Notes: generated from the sequence alone by a model not told the origin. Positions 10,171-20,100 are shown, numbered from the stretch's first letter. The stretch: DNA of 64,000 bases from an uncultured virus (IMG/VR IMGVR_UViG_3300012274_000057) (IMGVR_UViG_3300012274_000057:124001-188000); one strand, 5' to 3'. A program made the numbers and translations.

Positions 10171-10522
10171 TGATGACAATATTAAAAAAGAAATCATACA
10201 AAACGAAATAGAAAAATTTGATCAATATAATTATAATAAAGAAAATAATTTAAGTATATTTTTAGAACAGAATATACTTAACAATAATTTTGCAAAATTT
10301 TTATATGAAGTAGAAGATATGGAGTTTCAATTAATTAAGAATTTAGTAAAAGAAAGAAAAAAGAGATCTATTACACAAAAAGAAATAGCTGAAAAGACAG
10401 GTTTGTCTCAGCAGGCTATATCTAGGATAGAAAAATATGGAAATAAACCTACATTAACAATTTATTTAAAATATATGTATGCAATAGGGATTAATATTAA
10501 TGATTTGTTTGAAAGAGAATAG
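10097..10522 (+). CDS. XRE/Cro-C1 family helix-turn-helix protein
   Basis: RKKRSITQKEIAEKTGLSQQAISRIEKYGNKPTL. Confidence 0.85.
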   Translation: MESIDADIVTRGVRVTTVKFIPTIDDDNIKKEIIQNEIEKFDQYNYNKENNLSIFLEQNILNNNFAKFLYEVEDMEFQLIKNLVKERKKRSITQKEIAEKTGLSQQAISRIEKYGNKPTLTIYLKYMYAIGININDLFERE

Positions 10523-10705
10523 TAGGCTTCTTAAATTATGTACAGATCGTTTTAAACTATTAGATTGCCAAAAATATATTATAGAAAAACGATGTATATG
10601 AAATTATAAACTTTCCCATCGATATAATCAATATATAGAATGCAATACCAGGGAGAATAATTAAAAATAAAATAATTTATTTTATTAAAGGAGATAAAAG
10701 TAATA

Positions 10706-11191
10706 ATGGAAAGAATATATGAAATTATTAACAGTATTCAACAATCTTTAGGAGTAACACAAACATCTGAAAAGGAAATGGATAAATTTAGGTTTGATAT
10801 ATATTTTCATAATGATCAAACTGATGACCAACATTGTCTAATACGAAAAGGAAATAGGAGTTATACAAAAGAGGAATTAAATAATGTATTAAATCGTATA
10901 CTGACTTATATATATGGTTCAGGAAAATGTTATTCGTATAGAATTAATAGTTTTGATAAAAGATTAGCACAAATAGGAATTTCCAAAAAAGAGCAAGAAA
11001 GAGAAAGAATTAGTATTATAACTATAGCAAGCATATTTATAATAGCTAGAGGCTATCTAACACCTGAAAATGATTTATGTTCTACAATGTCATATTTGAC
11101 TTATTGGTTAGATAGTACTAATATGCAACAATCTCTAAATGAAGAAAGTTCATTTTCTAAATGTGAAAAAATCGAAAGACCATGGGGGTAG
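10706..11191 (+). CDS. hypothetical protein; tandem paralog of the next gene
   Basis: shared MER.YEI.N, ITIASI and WLD motifs. Confidence 0.65.
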   Translation: MERIYEIINSIQQSLGVTQTSEKEMDKFRFDIYFHNDQTDDQHCLIRKGNRSYTKEELNNVLNRILTYIYGSGKCYSYRINSFDKRLAQIGISKKEQERERISIITIASIFIIARGYLTPENDLCSTMSYLTYWLDSTNMQQSLNEESSFSKCEKIERPWG

Positions 11192-11649
11192 ATGTAATGG
11201 AAAGAGAAAGAATGTATGAAATTGTAAATATTCTTGAAGAATCGATGGGGTTAAGAAAATCCCCAATTGAACGATTGGAAAAATCCTGTATACGTAACCA
11301 TTTTGATATTGTAGATGGTCATACTAAAAGTATTATAATTCATGAAATGAATCATGAATGTGAAGTATTCATAGACGATATCTTAGATAAGGTAGCTAAA
11401 TATATTTATCCAGATACAGTAATAGGTTTATGTAGAAGGAGAGTACTAGAGGAAAAGTTAAAAACATTAAAAATAGATGATGATAGTGTCACAGTAATAA
11501 CAATAGCATCTATTTTAATATACTCACGTAGAATAAATATTAATAATGAAACAGTATGTAATGAATATAGATTAGTGCCTCTTGTTGTTTCTATATTAAG
11601 TTTTTGGTTAGACAATGGCGAAAAAACGTCATTTGTAACAATTAAATAG
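11182..11649 (+). CDS. hypothetical protein; tandem paralog of the previous gene (start probably 11197)
   Basis: MERERMYEIVN...ITIASIL...FWLD. Confidence 0.65.
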   Translation: MGVDVMERERMYEIVNILEESMGLRKSPIERLEKSCIRNHFDIVDGHTKSIIIHEMNHECEVFIDDILDKVAKYIYPDTVIGLCRRRVLEEKLKTLKIDDDSVTVITIASILIYSRRININNETVCNEYRLVPLVVSILSFWLDNGEKTSFVTIK

Positions 11650-11703
11650 AGTAAATAAAGAGAGTCATAAACTCTCTTTATTTTTTACAATATAGTTTTA
11701 AAT

Positions 11704-11714
11704 TATATATTATA
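11704..11714 (+). promoter_or_regulatory. early-type promoter motif TATATATTATA
   Basis: exact motif after a terminator, upstream of 11749. Confidence 0.7.
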
Positions 11715-11748
11715 CATATGAAATAAGAATAAGGGGGATTATATTATT

Positions 11749-12165
11749 ATGAATAGTATTTTACAAGGAAAACGATTATTACCGACATCAGAAACTATAT
11801 ACAAAGATTATTCTATTTTATTAAATGAAATAGGATTATGTATATTCGAAGATATTGATAGAATAAAAACTAAAAGTATGGAAACATATGAAGCATTTTA
11901 TAAAAATTATTATGAAGAAATGCTTCATACAAGATTTGAATTGGAAAAACAAATTAAAGAAATACAACCTGCAAGACCTTTTGAATGCATGTGTATAATA
12001 TATAATAATATAGCTGAAGATTTACAAGAATATATTATAAATAAATTTCCAAAAATTATATCTGATGAAGATTTTTATCGTATAATAAATAATAGACAAC
12101 AGGCTTATTATTTCTTTATAGATTCTATAAAATCTATATGGAAATTAAAAGAGGAGGAATTATAG
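11749..12165 (+). CDS. hypothetical protein
   Basis: AAGGGGG RBS; 138 aa. Confidence 0.6.
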   Translation: MNSILQGKRLLPTSETIYKDYSILLNEIGLCIFEDIDRIKTKSMETYEAFYKNYYEEMLHTRFELEKQIKEIQPARPFECMCIIYNNIAEDLQEYIINKFPKIISDEDFYRIINNRQQAYYFFIDSIKSIWKLKEEEL

Positions 12166-12302
12166 ATGAAAATAGTAAAATACTAATATACAAAGATTCT
12201 ATTAATGATAAAATTTTATATGTAGCTCAGGGTGATATAAGTATTATAATTGAGGATAATAAAAAGGAGTAATTCACTCCTTTTATTTTTTACTTGTTCA
12301 TT

Positions 12303-12314
12303 AACAAAAAAATA
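12303..12314 (+). promoter_or_regulatory. late-type promoter motif AACA-N6-TA
   Basis: AACAaaaaaaTA upstream of 12338. Confidence 0.55.
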
Positions 12315-12337
12315 AGTTAATAAAAGGGGGAGTCAAT

Positions 12338-13885
12338 ATGATAAAAACATTAATAAAAAAAGAAAAAAATAAAAATGGAAGTGAAACATTATTTTATAAT
12401 GACGGTATGATAGAAAAAGACAAAAGTGGTAATATAACCCATGAAATTAAAATAGAAAAGGAGAAAAAGGAAATCCTTCCTAATAGTGGTATATTTTTAG
12501 AATTAGAAACTGTTATTGAAAAATGGTGGAAATATGATCAAGATAACAGACTAATTTATTATAATAGGAATAATGAATACAATGAATATAGGCAATATTT
12601 GAATGATAATGATACACAATATATTACCAAAAAAGAGAATATAAGAGAACAAACCTTAGAAATAATAAATGAAAAAAATCAATGCATCCAAAGAGAAAAA
12701 GATGGAAAACAACATTTTTATTCTTATAATAGTAATGGAAGAATAGTAGAATATAGTACTTATAATAGCACACGCCTGGGAGCAAGAGAATTAGTTAATA
12801 TGATCAAATTAGATAATAATGGTAATATTACTTATGCATTTTATACACGTATAGTAGAGCCTACTAAATACATTAACGCATATACAGTGGAGGAAAAGGT
12901 TTATGAATGGTATAAATATGATGAAAAAAATAGAAATATTGAATATAAAACAAAGATTGAATCTTCTAATCTAGAATCAGAGAGAATATATCTAGAAGAA
13001 TATTCTTATTATGATGATAGCAATAAAATTAGAACTGCAAAGCGTTATATTATCTTTATAAATTCTAATTTTTGTGAAAATAAACAACTTATAGAAATTG
13101 TAGATTATGATTTATATCAAAATATAATATCTAAAAAAAGTAATAATCGTATAACAACAGTTTTCGAATATTATGCAGATGATAAAAATAAATTAAAATT
13201 TAGAACCGTAACAATAGATGATAAATATAATAAAGAAACTAATACGAAATTATTAAAATATGATGAATATGATAGATTAATATATAAAGAAACAACCGAG
13301 AGTATTGAATCTTTTGAATATGAAAAAGATAAATTTGCACTCCGCCACAAAAAAATCATGTCTTTAAATGGCACAGGTCATCTAGATGAGTATTATGATG
13401 AAGAAGGAAGAATAATAAAAGAAATAAACAAAGCTTATATTATTGAATATGAATATAAAGATATAGATAATCCTAATTGCATTACTTTAAAAAAATATAA
13501 TAATATAAAAGAAAGATTTAAATATAGTAATAAAATATGTGTTTATCATACTATTCAAAAAGGAAGGAAGATAGTATATAAAGAAACATGGGCTTATGAT
13601 AACAATAATAGATTATTAAAGTATGAAAACTCAAATGGCGACTTTAAAGTATATAGATATGATCATAAAAATAGAAAAGTTTATGAGTCAGAAAATATAC
13701 CTCATAAATATCGTATAACTATATATAACGATGGGAATAAACCAGAGGAGTATTATGAAAAAGATGAATATGGTTTAGTTAAGCATTATATTGGGTACAA
13801 AGAAGACTTCTCTAAATCCATTTATCAAATGAATGAAATATTTAACCAATTAGAAGAATCGTATTTAAAGAAAAGTTTAAAATAA
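12338..13885 (+). CDS. Tyr-rich YD-like repeat protein
   Basis: many W/YxYDxxNRLIY-type repeats. Confidence 0.7.
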   Translation: MIKTLIKKEKNKNGSETLFYNDGMIEKDKSGNITHEIKIEKEKKEILPNSGIFLELETVIEKWWKYDQDNRLIYYNRNNEYNEYRQYLNDNDTQYITKKENIREQTLEIINEKNQCIQREKDGKQHFYSYNSNGRIVEYSTYNSTRLGARELVNMIKLDNNGNITYAFYTRIVEPTKYINAYTVEEKVYEWYKYDEKNRNIEYKTKIESSNLESERIYLEEYSYYDDSNKIRTAKRYIIFINSNFCENKQLIEIVDYDLYQNIISKKSNNRITTVFEYYADDKNKLKFRTVTIDDKYNKETNTKLLKYDEYDRLIYKETTESIESFEYEKDKFALRHKKIMSLNGTGHLDEYYDEEGRIIKEINKAYIIEYEYKDIDNPNCITLKKYNNIKERFKYSNKICVYHTIQKGRKIVYKETWAYDNNNRLLKYENSNGDFKVYRYDHKNRKVYESENIPHKYRITIYNDGNKPEEYYEKDEYGLVKHYIGYKEDFSKSIYQMNEIFNQLEESYLKKSLK

Positions 13886-13948
13886 AAAAGACAGCTTGTT
13901 GCTCTCTTTTTATTTTTTATATAACTTTTATATAATAATAAAGATAAT

Positions 13949-13959
13949 TATATATTATA
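13949..13959 (+). promoter_or_regulatory. early-type promoter motif TATATATTATA
   Basis: exact motif upstream of 13991. Confidence 0.7.
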
Positions 13960-13990
13960 ATCTTGAATATTTATATAGGGGGATATAATT

Positions 13991-14206
13991 ATGGATAGAA
14001 AAACTTTTGGAAATATTGAAGAATTGTATGGATGTGGTTATTGGAATGTATGCTCAGAACATAGCTGTCCATGTGGACCTTCCGCTAGAGTAACTAGAGG
14101 ATATGATGGACGAACTTATAATGCAATGAGAGTTTCATTTGAAAAAGAAAAACAAGAACAGAATAGACTTTATAACAGTTATGAATTTGAAGAATGTGAT
14201 TATTAA
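13991..14206 (+). CDS. small hypothetical protein
   Basis: GGGGG RBS; own promoter motif and terminator; Cys/His cluster. Confidence 0.6.
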   Translation: MDRKTFGNIEELYGCGYWNVCSEHSCPCGPSARVTRGYDGRTYNAMRVSFEKEKQEQNRLYNSYEFEECDY

Positions 14207-14251
14207 ATTAACAAGGAGTTTCTGCTCCTTGTTATTTTTTATATGTTCCTT

Positions 14252-14295
14252 AACAAATAAGTAATGTACATACGTAATTACAGTTATATATTATA
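14252..14295 (+). promoter_or_regulatory. tandem late-type (14252-14263) and early-type (14285-14295) promoter motifs
   Basis: AACAaataagTA and TATATATTATA upstream of the RNAP gene. Confidence 0.65.
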
Positions 14296-14335
14296 ATATT
14301 GTAATATAATGTAAAATCGAAGGGAGATTTGATTA

Positions 14336-15898
14336 ATGGGAAATTTTAACGTAAATTTAAGTTATCCTTTTTCGCCTGATTTCTATTATGAGACAAGGCT
14401 AAAAAGAATAAATCTTGATGAGAGAAGAAAACAATCAATTATTAGTGGAAAGGGGTTTATAATCTCCAATCCTCAAAGTACTTTAAAGAAAGATATGAAA
14501 GATCCAAATAGTATATTTTCATCTAAATTTGGACAAACATTACAAGATGTAAATCCATTTGGTGATAGATACAAATGTGAATGTGGATATTTAACGTCAA
14601 GAATAAATCATGACATAGAGTGTCCGATATGTCATAAAAAAGTAAAATATATAGATGATGATTTTGGAATATTTGGTTGGATTGTATTGAAAGATCCATA
14701 TTATATAATACATCCAAACTTATATAAATCTATGGAATATTTAATTGGTGGAGGAAAATTTGATGGTAAGAATGGAAGTAGACTTGATAATATTCTTAAA
14801 CCAGTAGAACAAAAGGACGAAGATGGTCATACAATAGGAATAGGAGGATTACCAAACGGTAAACAAATTCCAGCAGACCAACCTTTTTATGGTATTGGTA
14901 TTTTAGAATTTAAAGAAAGATTCGAAGAAATAATGGATTACTATTTAAAGAAAAATCCTAATAAGAAAGATTATTATGATGATATAATCGAAAATAAAGA
15001 TAATATATTTACTCAATCTGTTCCAGTATATACAACACATTTAAGACCTTTTAAAATAGATGGAGTGTCGTTTCATTTTGAAGGTGTAAATGCAATTTAT
15101 AATATGATTTCTAAGCTTTCATCTTATATAAATAAAGATGATCTAAAAATGTTTAGAAAAAAGAAAACAAAAAATCAACTTCTATACGATATGCATATAA
15201 AATATTTAAAATTATATGGAGAGTTAGAAGAAGTATTAGCAGGAAAGAAAGGTACTTTAAGATCAGTGTTTGGTGGAAGATATAACTTTTCATCAAGAAA
15301 TGTTATAGTACCAAATGAAACATTAAGAATAGATGAGGTAACAATGCCATATGCAGCTATGGTAGAACTGTTACAACAAACAATAATAAATATACTTCAT
15401 AAGACATATAATATAACTTATAATGATGCTTATAATATTTGGGCTAAAGCTCAATTGGTAAGGGATGATAGAGTATGGCAAATAATAGAAGGTTTAATCA
15501 AGGATTCAGGTAGGGGTATACCTGTAATTATTAATAGAAACCCAACGATTCAGTATGGTTCACTACTACAAATGTATGTAGTCGGCATAACTGACACATA
15601 TACATTAGCGTTACCATTACAGATACTACCATTAATAGCTGGAGACTTTGATGGTGACGTATTAAACGTATTATATATTATTAATGAATCATTTAAACAA
15701 CAAGCAATAAAAATACTAAATCCAAGAAATGCAATGTATATTTCAAGGAATGATGGTAAAATGAATCCAGATGTAAATCATACTAAGGATTTATTAATAA
15801 ATGCAAATGCATTAATAAGATTGGGTAGAACAAACTATACACAAGAACAAGTTGATAGAATTAGACAATTACAGAATATGCTAAATTTAGCATCATAA
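14336..15898 (+). CDS. multisubunit RNA polymerase beta'-like subunit, N-terminal/catalytic part
   Basis: CECG...CPIC Zn finger; GKKGTLRSVFGGRYNFSSRNVI; INRNPTI; AGDFDGD catalytic motif. Confidence 0.92.
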   Translation: MGNFNVNLSYPFSPDFYYETRLKRINLDERRKQSIISGKGFIISNPQSTLKKDMKDPNSIFSSKFGQTLQDVNPFGDRYKCECGYLTSRINHDIECPICHKKVKYIDDDFGIFGWIVLKDPYYIIHPNLYKSMEYLIGGGKFDGKNGSRLDNILKPVEQKDEDGHTIGIGGLPNGKQIPADQPFYGIGILEFKERFEEIMDYYLKKNPNKKDYYDDIIENKDNIFTQSVPVYTTHLRPFKIDGVSFHFEGVNAIYNMISKLSSYINKDDLKMFRKKKTKNQLLYDMHIKYLKLYGELEEVLAGKKGTLRSVFGGRYNFSSRNVIVPNETLRIDEVTMPYAAMVELLQQTIINILHKTYNITYNDAYNIWAKAQLVRDDRVWQIIEGLIKDSGRGIPVIINRNPTIQYGSLLQMYVVGITDTYTLALPLQILPLIAGDFDGDVLNVLYIINESFKQQAIKILNPRNAMYISRNDGKMNPDVNHTKDLLINANALIRLGRTNYTQEQVDRIRQLQNMLNLAS

Positions 15899-15955
15899 TT
15901 ATAAAGAAGAGGTGATTCCTCTTCTTTCATTTTTATTAATAAGGAGTGTAGATAC

Positions 15956-16291
15956 ATGTTATTCGATATAGAAACTAATATAGAAGCTTCATTTTTTAAA
16001 GATAATAAAGGAAAACAATTATTTAATGGCGAATTGCTTAAAGTTAAGTATAACAATAATAATTATCTTGGAGAGCTTATATATAATGGTAATTATTTTA
16101 CTATAAAAATATATGGTTATGATGATGGTATGCAACTATTATATGTTGAGGGTTATATAGATTTAAGACAATATTATAATATAATTGAATTCTGTACCGT
16201 CAGTGCTTTAGATTTTGTAGAGTCTTTAGGTATCAACTCTTATAATACTAATTTAGGAGCTTATCAAATTTATAATGACAATATAGGCTAA
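15956..16291 (+). CDS. hypothetical protein (YopX-like DxxGKxxFxGE motif)
   Basis: AAGGAG RBS; KDNKGKQLFNGELL. Confidence 0.55.
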   Translation: MLFDIETNIEASFFKDNKGKQLFNGELLKVKYNNNNYLGELIYNGNYFTIKIYGYDDGMQLLYVEGYIDLRQYYNIIEFCTVSALDFVESLGINSYNTNLGAYQIYNDNIG

Positions 16292-16325
16292 ATAAAATTA
16301 AAAAATATAGAAACGATAATATAGA

Positions 16326-16547
16326 ATGGATGCTATATCATATTTAGGATTTTCTAGGGAAACAGAAAATATAATAAAAGATATAACAGAAGAAGATATA
16401 ATATTAGGATATAAGTTAGTCCCTTGTCCAGAATGTTTAGGTACTGGAGTATGGGATTTTGCACCTTATATTTCTATAGAAGAATGTGTTGTATGTAAAA
16501 GGCACAGGAAAAGTATATATAAATGTATAATAAAGGAAGAAGAGTGA
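16326..16547 (+). CDS. small DnaJ-type CxxCxGxG zinc-finger protein, apparently frameshifted near the 3' end
   Basis: CPECLGTG; second motif CVVCKGTG is restored by removing one A at 16497-16500. Confidence 0.6.
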   Translation: MDAISYLGFSRETENIIKDITEEDIILGYKLVPCPECLGTGVWDFAPYISIEECVVCKRHRKSIYKCIIKEEE

Positions 16548-16553
16548 AATAAA

Positions 16554-16778
16554 ATGGATATTAGAATATTTAATTTGGAAGATTTAAATAGAGAAGGGTT
16601 AATACGTCTTTTACGAGATTACGATGACTATGTTAAAGAGATAATTGAAGATGGAGATTTTTTAGACAGAGCACCTGTATGTATTTCTGAATATTTAAAT
16701 AATGATTTTAAGGAAAATAATGAAATAGATTCACTTATATTAAGTCCAATGATAACAATTAAAAAATCATATAAATAA
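16554..16778 (+). CDS. hypothetical protein
   Basis: 74 aa ORF in an operon. Confidence 0.55.
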   Translation: MDIRIFNLEDLNREGLIRLLRDYDDYVKEIIEDGDFLDRAPVCISEYLNNDFKENNEIDSLILSPMITIKKSYK

Positions 16779-16801
16779 AATATATAGGGGGTTAAAAATA
16801 A

Positions 16802-17335
16802 ATGAATATTAAAGATGCAAGAGAATTTATAAACGAATATGAAATACTAGAGAAATCTATATATCAAATAGGTAAGATACGTAAAATTAATGAAGATCTT
16901 AAAAATAAAGCAACTAATTTATCTATATCTATAAATGATGATGGAAATATATTATTCGCTTATAAAGTATATAATATATTTCATGAAAATGGAAAAGTCG
17001 TTATATTAAATTTTGATATGCCTAAAAATAGTATTTTAAAATCTGAGTTTAGAGATATACTAGGCAAATATTCGGATGCATATGCATCATTCATTCGAGG
17101 TATTGAGAAGATTACTAAATCTAATATACAGTTTATAAGTAACAGTATTAATGAATTAGATAATATTAATAATTTTATTCTAGCATTATGGAGAGCAAGT
17201 GGTGAATTTCCTTTAAAAGATAAATTAGATATAGATACATTTGATTTAAAACATGATTTAATAAAAATGATTTTAAATTATGAATCTGTATTATTAAATC
17301 GTAAAAAAGAAATGGAAATACAAATGGAAGATTAA
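16802..17335 (+). CDS. hypothetical protein
   Basis: GGGGG RBS; 177 aa. Confidence 0.6.
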   Translation: MNIKDAREFINEYEILEKSIYQIGKIRKINEDLKNKATNLSISINDDGNILFAYKVYNIFHENGKVVILNFDMPKNSILKSEFRDILGKYSDAYASFIRGIEKITKSNIQFISNSINELDNINNFILALWRASGEFPLKDKLDIDTFDLKHDLIKMILNYESVLLNRKKEMEIQMED

Positions 17336-17358
17336 AAAAAATATCGGGGGATGAGGGA

Positions 17359-18513
17359 ATGAATATAGATTTAAACAATATGGTTACAATGGGATTAATT
17401 GGGTATATGGCGATATTAGCAAAAAGTATACCAGGAAAGATATTCTCATTATTCAAAAGTAATTTAGCATACTCAATCAGTATTACAAGTGCTGATGAAG
17501 ACCAATATGATAAGATAAATAACTGGCTCATTAATCTTAATAAAAGATGTATAAATAATAATATTAATTTAATTCAAAGATTTGAAGGTGGATTGGTTAG
17601 AAGTCAGAAAACTATAAACTATGGTGTATATACTTTTATATATAAGGGTTCCCTTATAACTATAGATAAACATTTATTATCACAATCGAGCGAAGCTCTT
17701 ACTGTAAAAGATATTTTAGAAATAACCATATGGGGTTATAATGCAAGAACAACATATAATGAACTTAATAAATATTGCATAATAAATTCTATGAATGGGC
17801 TAATTATAGAAACAGTTACTAGTTTTAATAATAAATATAATATAACTCAAGATAAAAAATTTGATGATATATTTATAGATAATAAACAGCAAATAATAAA
17901 TCATGTGAATAGATGGGTTAGTAACGAGCAATTTTATTTGGACCATGGCATAATATATAAAACAGGTATATTATTATATGGAGAGCCAGGAACTGGTAAA
18001 ACTACATTGGCAAGAGCTATAGCAACATATTTAAAATGCAATATAATTATAATAGATTTTAAATCTAAGAAAAGTATTTCAGACCTAAGTTCTATTATAG
18101 GTAGTGCTATGCAACCTGGTAATAGAAAGATAATTTTATTAGAAGATATAGACTGTATATCCTCTAATAGAGAAGATGAAGACGAAATTAGCGATGAAAA
18201 GAGAGAATTTATAGGCTCATTATTAAATTTATTAGACGGAGTTAATAGTCCTAGAGACACTATATTCATAGCAACAACTAATCATATAGAAAAGTTAGAT
18301 CCTGCTATAATAAGAAGTGGAAGGTTTGATCTTAAAATGGAAGTAGGAAATATATCTAAAGAACTAGCAATTCAAATGTGTAAAAGGTTCGGTATTAATG
18401 ATCATAGAATTCTTAAAAATGAACAATTCCCAATAAATCCTTCTTATTTACAATGTAAAATATTAGATAAAATAGTCAAAGGTGATGCTCTATTAATTAA
18501 GGAGGTAATATAA
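17359..18513 (+). CDS. AAA+ ATPase, BCS1-like
   Basis: GILLYGEPGTGKT (Walker A), ILLEDID (Walker B), LLNLLDG, TTNHIEKLDPAIIRSGRFD; hydrophobic N-terminus. Confidence 0.85.
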   Translation: MNIDLNNMVTMGLIGYMAILAKSIPGKIFSLFKSNLAYSISITSADEDQYDKINNWLINLNKRCINNNINLIQRFEGGLVRSQKTINYGVYTFIYKGSLITIDKHLLSQSSEALTVKDILEITIWGYNARTTYNELNKYCIINSMNGLIIETVTSFNNKYNITQDKKFDDIFIDNKQQIINHVNRWVSNEQFYLDHGIIYKTGILLYGEPGTGKTTLARAIATYLKCNIIIIDFKSKKSISDLSSIIGSAMQPGNRKIILLEDIDCISSNREDEDEISDEKREFIGSLLNLLDGVNSPRDTIFIATTNHIEKLDPAIIRSGRFDLKMEVGNISKELAIQMCKRFGINDHRILKNEQFPINPSYLQCKILDKIVKGDALLIKEVI

Positions 18514-18514
18514 T

Positions 18515-19435
18515 ATGTATAATATTACAAAAATAAAAGGAATAGACTGTCCAAGTAAATATTTAATAAGTATTAAAAATGAAAATTTATTCTTTGTAAA
18601 TAGTAAAAGAGTAGCAGGGCTAGCAATTAGCTATTTAGAAGGTAATGATCGTGTAGATTTACCTGATAATACTAAGAGATTTTTAAAGAATTATAGAAAA
18701 GTAAAAGAAGATGATATAAAACAAGAGCAATATCATCCTATAGCTAAATATGATAATAATGAGAATATATTTTATTATAACGATTGTCATGGATATGAAT
18801 ATTGGGAACAATATGATGAATATGGTAATATGATTCATTACAAAGATTCTTATAGATATGAATATTGGCAGGAATATGATGACAATGGTAATATAACTCA
18901 TTATAGAAATTCTAAAGGACATGAATATTGGAAAAAATATGATAAGAATAAAAATTTAATTTATTATAAAGATGATATTACCGAAGTTGAATATTGGAAA
19001 GAGTATAATGATAATGGGAAATTAACTTATTATAAAGATGATGAGAATGAATATTGGAAAGAATACGATAAAAATAATAATATAATCCATTATAAAAATT
19101 CCGATGGATATGAAGAATGGCGTAGATATGACAATAAAGGAAATCAAACTTATTATAAAAACTCTACTGGATATGAAGATTGGCAGGAATATGATGAAGA
19201 TAATAATATAATTCATTATAGAAATTCGAAAGGGCTTGAAGATTGGAATCAATATGATGAAAATGGTAATATAACACATTATAGAAATTCTAATGGGTAT
19301 GAAGAATGGAAAGATTATGATGAAAATGGTAATATGATCTATTGCAAAAACTGTTATGGAGATGAAGAATGGTATCAGTATGATGAAAATGGTGATATAA
19401 TCGAAGATAAAGATAGTATTACTATTACAATATAA
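18515..19435 (+). CDS. 21-aa tandem-repeat protein (YDxNGNxxHYKNSxGYExWxE)
   Basis: about 11 regular repeats visible in protein and DNA. Confidence 0.8.
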   Translation: MYNITKIKGIDCPSKYLISIKNENLFFVNSKRVAGLAISYLEGNDRVDLPDNTKRFLKNYRKVKEDDIKQEQYHPIAKYDNNENIFYYNDCHGYEYWEQYDEYGNMIHYKDSYRYEYWQEYDDNGNITHYRNSKGHEYWKKYDKNKNLIYYKDDITEVEYWKEYNDNGKLTYYKDDENEYWKEYDKNNNIIHYKNSDGYEEWRRYDNKGNQTYYKNSTGYEDWQEYDEDNNIIHYRNSKGLEDWNQYDENGNITHYRNSNGYEEWKDYDENGNMIYCKNCYGDEEWYQYDENGDIIEDKDSITITI

Positions 19436-19440
19436 GGAGG

Positions 19441-20070
19441 ATGTTAAAAATAAAAATGAGATATTGTATAAAATTAATAAAAAATATATTGGATAGATTA
19501 AAAATATCTACGAAATATAATAATAATAATGAAGTTTATTGTAAATATCTTAGTGGATTAGAGATTTGGAAAGAGTATAATGATGAAGGTAATTTGATCC
19601 ATGAAAGAAATTCTAATGGTTATAAATTATGGAAAGAGTATAATAACAATGGGAGTACCATACATCGTATGTATCCCGATAGAGGGGAACAATGGATAAA
19701 ATATAATAATAGAGGTGTTCCTATTAGTGGCTATTTTATAAGTCTCGATGGACACGAAGAATGGAAAGAATATGATAATAAAGCATGTTTAATTCATTAT
19801 AGAGATAATAAAGGCTACGAATATTGGATGGAATATGATAAGAATAGAAACTTAATACATTATAAGAATTTTAATGGAATTGAATATTGGAAAAAATATG
19901 ATGATAAGGGAAATATGATTCATTTTAGAGATTTTAATGGATATGAATATGAGTGTAAATTTGACAATAAGAGAAATATAACTTATTATAAAGATTCTAA
20001 TGGAATTGAATATTGGAATAAATATGATGATAAGGGAAATTGTATTTATAACAAAATAACAACGCAATAA
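19441..20070 (+). CDS. 21-aa tandem-repeat protein, paralog of 18515-19435
   Basis: about 8 repeats of EYWKEYDxKGNxIHYxDxNG. Confidence 0.8.
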   Translation: MLKIKMRYCIKLIKNILDRLKISTKYNNNNEVYCKYLSGLEIWKEYNDEGNLIHERNSNGYKLWKEYNNNGSTIHRMYPDRGEQWIKYNNRGVPISGYFISLDGHEEWKEYDNKACLIHYRDNKGYEYWMEYDKNRNLIHYKNFNGIEYWKKYDDKGNMIHFRDFNGYEYECKFDNKRNITYYKDSNGIEYWNKYDDKGNCIYNKITTQ

Positions 20071-20100
20071 ATTAAATAATAAAATAAAGGAGGTATTAAT

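Noticed and set aside
12166..12272. Possible 35-aa ORF after a strong RBS, needing one added A
   Set aside because: As written it stops after 6 codons and no motif supports the correction.
18740..20040. Regular ~63-bp DNA periodicity resembling a CRISPR array or a DGR template/variable pair
   Set aside because: Repeats are degenerate, in-frame and coding, with no unique spacers; no cas or reverse transcriptase gene recognised in the window.
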